Assembly: GCA_963811105.1 (NCBI GenBank)
Contig: CAWEPZ010000003.1
Location: forward strand, 63,957-127,956
Length of the DNA: 64,000 nucleotides
DNA from: Candidatus Bathyarchaeota archaeon
GTDB taxonomy: Archaea; Thermoproteota; Bathyarchaeia; Bathyarchaeales; Bathycorpusculaceae
Reading direction: 5' to 3'
Part shown: piece after piece, positions 59,190-64,000 of the stretch
How the letters are laid out: every line of letters starts with the position of its first letter
Position numbering within the stretch: position 1 is the first letter of the stretch
Notes under the pieces: model-generated
What the model saw: the letters and a program-made list of their open reading frames with translations, nothing else
What the model was told of the DNA's origin: nothing
Database searches by the model: none
Made by a program: the position numbers and the translations under genes

Positions 59190-61783
59190 TTATGGGTGTT
59201 TTTTGAGAATTAGTATTGTGGCTATGGCGATTGCAATTATAATGGCGATTACTCCGACAACTATGTAGGTCATCAGGTCTGATGTCGTTGCTAATCCTGA
59301 AATTGTTGGTGTCGGTGTTGGTGATGTTGTTGGTGCGTTCACGACGTTTGCGTGTGCTTCTGCAAATGAGCTTCCGTAAGCATCGGTACCTACGAATGTG
59401 GCGGTTATTTTGTAGTCACCTGAAATTGTCGGTGTCCATGTGTAAGAGTATGTTCCGCTTACATCGCTTGTAACAGTTGCAATATGCATAAAGTTGCCGT
59501 TTGGATCAACTGCATCTATTGATACTGGAACACCAGTTACCGTTACGCCTGAGGGTATGGGTAATTGCATGTAGAGGTAGTCCATGTATGTTTGCATAGA
59601 TTCATCTGACACGCACGGCACGTATGTTGGGAAGTCAGTTCGTGCTGTTGGGTTCGAGTAGCTGCCAAGGTCGCCTGGAGACTTATCTAGCACTGTGCCA
59701 GATATTATGGCGTTTTGTCCGGTAGTTATCTGTGTTTGTGGCGCTGAGACTGTTGTTGTACTTTGACCTTTGCCGAAGATGTATTGGTATCCGTCGTAGA
59801 CACTGGTGGCTGACATATAACCGTCAGAGATGCCGCCTACTGCTGAAGGATTAGTCATGTTCCATATTCCGTGGCCTGTGGTTGCGTTGATGCAGAAAAT
59901 TTTCCAGCCTCTTGTGAGCGGGGAAATGGCTGAGTGTTCTATGTTGTATGTGTAGATTTTTCCGTCAGCTACTATTGCACCCTGATCGAACGGATATACT
60001 GTGGTATTTCCGTCTTGGTAGTAGGTTTCATATGGGTAAGGCGCAGGGCTCAAAAAGTGCCAAGCTATTTGTCCATTGGTCCAGTTGTAAGCGTATACGC
60101 CATCGTATGCTTCCCAGTAGAAGAGACCGTAAGCTGATTGGCAAGCGTAGCCACCGAAGGCAGATGCACCCCAGGGCAAGTCCATTTCTTGGCCTGTCCA
60201 TGCTAGTCGTCCAGTGAGTAGGTCCCAAGCTAGCCAGTGCCCAGCCTCAGTTAAGACGGCAATTTTGCCTTGGTCAGCGACAGCGCATGATCCACTGTAT
60301 ATTGGTTCAGTTGTGTTTGTGCTCCACAATACTTGTCCAGTTATGAGGCTGATACCGGTTACGTTGATGCCAGCATAAGCTCCTGAGATAGTAATGGAAC
60401 TCACAGTTGCAGTAACGCCCACTTGATAATCAGATGTAGACGGTACCGTGTTAATTGGCCAGCTTATGTTGCTTTGAATTCGTTGTGCCCATGTTGGGTT
60501 AACGCCTCTTTGGATTTCAGTAATATCGGTCCAGTTAACCAAGTAGTATTTAGCGCTTGCTCCAGATCCAATCGTCTGCACTGACAGCACATAATTGTTG
60601 GCAAATACGGTGCCTGATGTTAGTGGTGAAAGCGAAATGTTGTAGGTTATAGCTCCTGTGAAGGGGTTATACTTCGTCATCATTCCGCTGCCTATATACA
60701 ATAAACTTACCGTTAACATTGATTGTTTAGCGCTTCCTCCGGCAACTATGGGTGCTCCGGTTTCATAGGAAATTGATGTTGGCGGGTGAGTGACGTTTAC
60801 TTGATCCCAGTATATTTGTCCTGTTCGCAAGTCATAGCATTCCCAAACGCTCTGAGATATCCCATCCATAACTTTGCTTAAAGTAGTGTAGCATCTTCCA
60901 TCGTAGATTAGAGTTGGGTTATTTGCAACAGGTAGAGTTTGAATACCGCCCGGTGCTCCGCCATAGGATTCTTGGTAGTTGCCTGCGCCGACGATTCCGT
61001 CAATCGTTCCTAATCTACGCCACAATACGTGTGCAGTGCTTGGGGCTTGAACGTAGGGTATGAAGTTGTAGTTGCTCTCATACGGGTTAGTGTTAGCTGG
61101 CCAGATATCGCTCTCTCCGGGGCCAATGAAAGGATAGTCTCCCATGATTGATGCCCATTCTCTGAGGTTTGCAACTACAGGTCTAGTCCAGTAGTCGGTT
61201 GGAAGTTGAGCTGCGGGCCATGAAGATACTGGGTTTTCTTGCACGTAAAGGGGTGTCTGTGCGGTTGAGCTTGGAGTAAAGTAGATAGAGCCATAAGTAG
61301 AGACACCACCATAGGTCGTAGCTGACGTGTTATCCACTTTAACGCCTTGCAATAGTTTCCTGCTGGGTCATAGTTTCCGGCAAAGCTAAACTGAAGCTGC
61401 CAAGTACCTATTTGATCGGCAACATATTCAAACCAATTTGTTCCATCATCAGCATTAGATGTCATGTTAAGCACGGCTTTACTTCCATCTGGTTTTGTGA
61501 TCGTTACACTGTAACCTAATTGGCGACGATTAAAAGCTGGTGCAGGGTCTGTCCAGATGTTAACTAGAAAAGTTTGTCCGAGTCCTACAGGATTAGGCCG
61601 AAAGCTAATGCGAGCTTGCGTTGTAATTGTTATGTCAGGGGTTACACCAGATGGCACAGTTGTTGTTGGTTGAGTTGCTGAAACTTGAGCCTTAACAATA
61701 GGGTTAGTCATCAATGTTACTGAAGCAATCAGTACAATCAAAAGAAATATTGCGGATATTTTTTGTTTCTTAGATATTAGCAT
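59190..61783 (-). CDS. PQQ-like beta-propeller surface protein; one frameshift near 61350
   Basis: Signal peptide, PNPVGLGQ, PCVSDESM, C-terminal TM; paralog of 30440-32983. Confidence 0.82.
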
Positions 61784-61806
61784 TTATTTTTTTCTCCATA
61801 TTTCTT

Positions 61807-61853
61807 GTTGAGAAGAAGACAAAATTTTATAAAATCCGTTTTTTCTTCTCAAC
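61807..61853. promoter_or_regulatory. Inverted repeat in the leader of the PQQ-like gene
   Basis: GTTGAGAAGAA-N25-TTCTTCTCAAC between a TATA-like CTTATAAG (~61874) and the ATG. Confidence 0.5.
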
Positions 61854-62526
61854 TAGTCAAGTTATAGTTGAGCTTATAAGTTTTGCTGGAATTTGATACT
61901 GCTAAAAGCAAAAATTTTTTTGTATTCTCTTAATAGTATTGAATTCTTTTTAAATTATCCTATTATGACTATATAATTTATGAATCCTGTATCCATCATA
62001 GCCCATTTTAGTATTCGCCGTTATCGCTTCATGAGTAGCTTCTGGAACTATTTCTTCTAAGCAGACACAGGCGAGAATTATTATGATTGTGCGATAGTTA
62101 CCACAATAGTTAAAATCTCAAACATACACTTAAAATTGGGTATGCAGGGCAAAAACGAGTCATCATGCCTAAGGCTTTCAACTACCCATAACTACAAGGG
62201 ACAAAACTATTGTTGCGAAATAACAGTGTTATGACAACTGAGGTGAGTAAAGGGCTGAAAAGGCTCTCAAGCCATCAAAAAACGATTATATTTCTCTTCC
62301 TGAAAAAGTGTGTGTATTGAAATTTTTCTCCTAAGTTTGAGAGAGCCTCAGCAAACCCTTCTCACCATATTGCAATTATAGTTATTCATTTACGGCTAAG
62401 GTTATACTCTGCATGAGAAATGTCGCCAGGTTATTGTCCGAGCCAACTGCACTGTTCTATTTTTGAATCATTCTTTGCTTCAAGGATTATCATTTCCCGA
62501 AATTATTTCGCCAGCTCCCAAGTGAT

Positions 62527-62554
62527 GAGGGTTCAAGTCCCACCTCCGGCATCA
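62527..62554 (+). other. Degenerate tRNA 3'-end fragment
   Basis: GAGGGTTCAAGTCCCAC-CTCCGGC-A-TCA; no 5' half seen. Confidence 0.5.
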
Positions 62555-62576
62555 ATCACAAATTTTAGTAAATAAA

Positions 62577-63215
62577 CTAACCACTGGTACCCATTTCTGC
62601 AGTATAGTTGGATTCACCCATTAAGTAGGTTCCTAAACCAAGCGTCCAGAGCCATAATGGATAGACTATTAAACGTTCTAATCCACCTATGCCTAAGCTT
62701 AAAGCGAAACTGGGATTAACACGTTGTGCTAAAAGAGAAAGAAACAACATTAAAAGCGATACAGAACCTAAAGTAACCGATACGTAAGAAAAAGGTGACT
62801 TAACCAATTTATAGGACAATAGAGCAGCAACCGCCCAAGACACAAACATAATCAGGGCAAAAAGGCTATGCACAGACGGAATAACGTTTTCTGCAACCAC
62901 TCCTACCATAACGTTACCGACACCTGCTATTGCTAATAGGGCGGTGAAGCCTCTGTTCTTGGAACCTTGCATATTGAAATAAGCACCAGCTATAATGAAC
63001 ACACCCAACAAAATAGATGAGGCAGCGAAAACTGCAGCGAAATTACCTGCTAAACCCCAGTTACCCAAGTCACTTATAACCTGTTGCCCGACAAGGTAAT
63101 CTGGATAGATTGTTTCACAAACGATTTGGGTGAGAATAAATTGGACCAAGCCGACAAATAGCAGCAAACCCGCAATTTTTCTATTATCGCATTTCATAAT
63201 TGAGAAAAGAATCAA
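62577..63215 (-). CDS. DUF998-like membrane protein
   Basis: YP.Y....ISDLG, H..FA, GGLERL.VYP. Confidence 0.8.
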   Translation of the reverse strand: MILFSIMKCDNRKIAGLLLFVGLVQFILTQIVCETIYPDYLVGQQVISDLGNWGLAGNFAAVFAASSILLGVFIIAGAYFNMQGSKNRGFTALLAIAGVGNVMVGVVAENVIPSVHSLFALIMFVSWAVAALLSYKLVKSPFSYVSVTLGSVSLLMLFLSLLAQRVNPSFALSLGIGGLERLIVYPLWLWTLGLGTYLMGESNYTAEMGTSG

Positions 63216-63325
63216 TTGATTAATAAAACTTTAGGGGTGTGCATTATTCCCCTGAAAACTTGTTTAATTAACATTAGTATGTAGTCGAAATTGCTTTGTC
63301 TGTTCATCCGATCTTTTGAGCCTCA

Positions 63326-63679
63326 TTACAAAGGTATGGCTGTAAGTTCCTTGATGCGTTGTAGCACGATTCTCAGCAGTTCCTCTCTGAGTTTTTCTCC
63401 TGGAAGGTTTGGCGTTATGAAGCACATTCTACTTGCAAGCTCGTTGTCTCCTATCACTTCTCGTATCCATGCTTGAAAATCGCCGCGTAGATAATAATAC
63501 AGAATGACTCTATCATCTATCCCGTGCAGTTTCTCAACAAAATCTGAAAGGCTAATGGCTGTCACCATTGAGTAATTTTGGTCTGCGAAGCAAAAGTGAA
63601 AACCACGATCTTGACCCACAACGACCAAGATTTTTGAAGAATTTGCCTTCTTCGGGTCGGGTTTACCCATAAAACTCAC
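63326..63679 (-). CDS. DUF5752-like small protein
   Basis: FHF...A.SL.DF.EKL...RGDFQAWIR..IGD.ELA. Confidence 0.7.
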   Translation of the reverse strand: MSFMGKPDPKKANSSKILVVVGQDRGFHFCFADQNYSMVTAISLSDFVEKLHGIDDRVILYYYLRGDFQAWIREVIGDNELASRMCFITPNLPGEKLREELLRIVLQRIKELTAIPL

Positions 63680-63831
63680 TTAAAGTTAAACCCCGCTTCC
63701 TCCTTACACATGTTTGCAAAGTGTTTAATTGTTTGTGATTGCGCATTAGCTACAACACATGTTTAAGAGAATTATTCAGTTCTATATTCAATTGAGGCAC
63801 TAAGTATAGGCGTTTTTAGAAGGTGAAATTT

Positions 63832-64000
63832 TTGGTAAAAAAGAAAGGCGAAAAATACAAGTGTGATGAATGTGGGCTTGTTGTCTTGGTGGAAGATGAT
63901 TGTGGCTGTGAAGAATGCGACATAGTCTGCTGCAGCGCCCCAATGAAACAGGTCAAAGAAGAACCCAAGACTGCAGCAAAGCCTAAACCCCGAGCACTTA
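63832..64000 (+). CDS. Cys-rich desulforedoxin-like metal-binding protein (runs off the window)
   Basis: AGGTGA SD; GEKYKCDECG...CGCEEC..VCCSAPM. Confidence 0.7.
   Translation, partial: MVKKKGEKYKCDECGLVVLVEDDCGCEECDIVCCSAPMKQVKEEPKTAAKPKPRAL

Overview
Archaeal chromosomal window. Gene content (CCA-adding enzyme, SmAP3, PAC2, TgtA, PQQ-like surface proteins) is most consistent with Bathyarchaeia, by inference. Bases 1-25968 are core genome: tRNA/RNA processing, class II HMG-CoR reductase-type enzyme (HMG-CoA reductase), a type IV pilus-like operon, glmM/glmU and tgtA. Bases ~26000-38750 are a decayed provirus-like island with an integrase remnant, a terminase fragment, a duplicated HTH module, a split ABC-ATPase/GNAT locus, a degenerate MCM-like gene and an AbiE pair. 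The most striking region is ~39160-54150. There, seven toxin-antitoxin modules, a NUDIX gene and a primase-helicase element are separated by 8 full and 2 partial co-oriented copies of a ~45-80 bp imperfect-hairpin repeat (repeat A), often joined to a ~150-170 bp repeat (repeat B) that may encode a ~40-aa membrane peptide. This resembles an integron cassette array, but the repeats are not canonical attC sites and no cognate recombinase is visible. The window ends with a degraded IS630, two tRNA 3'-end fragments, a radical SAM/SPASM gene coupled to a small protein, a second PQQ-like gene and small ORFs. Single-base frameshifts in conserved genes suggest assembly indel errors, so single-lesion pseudogene calls are uncertain.
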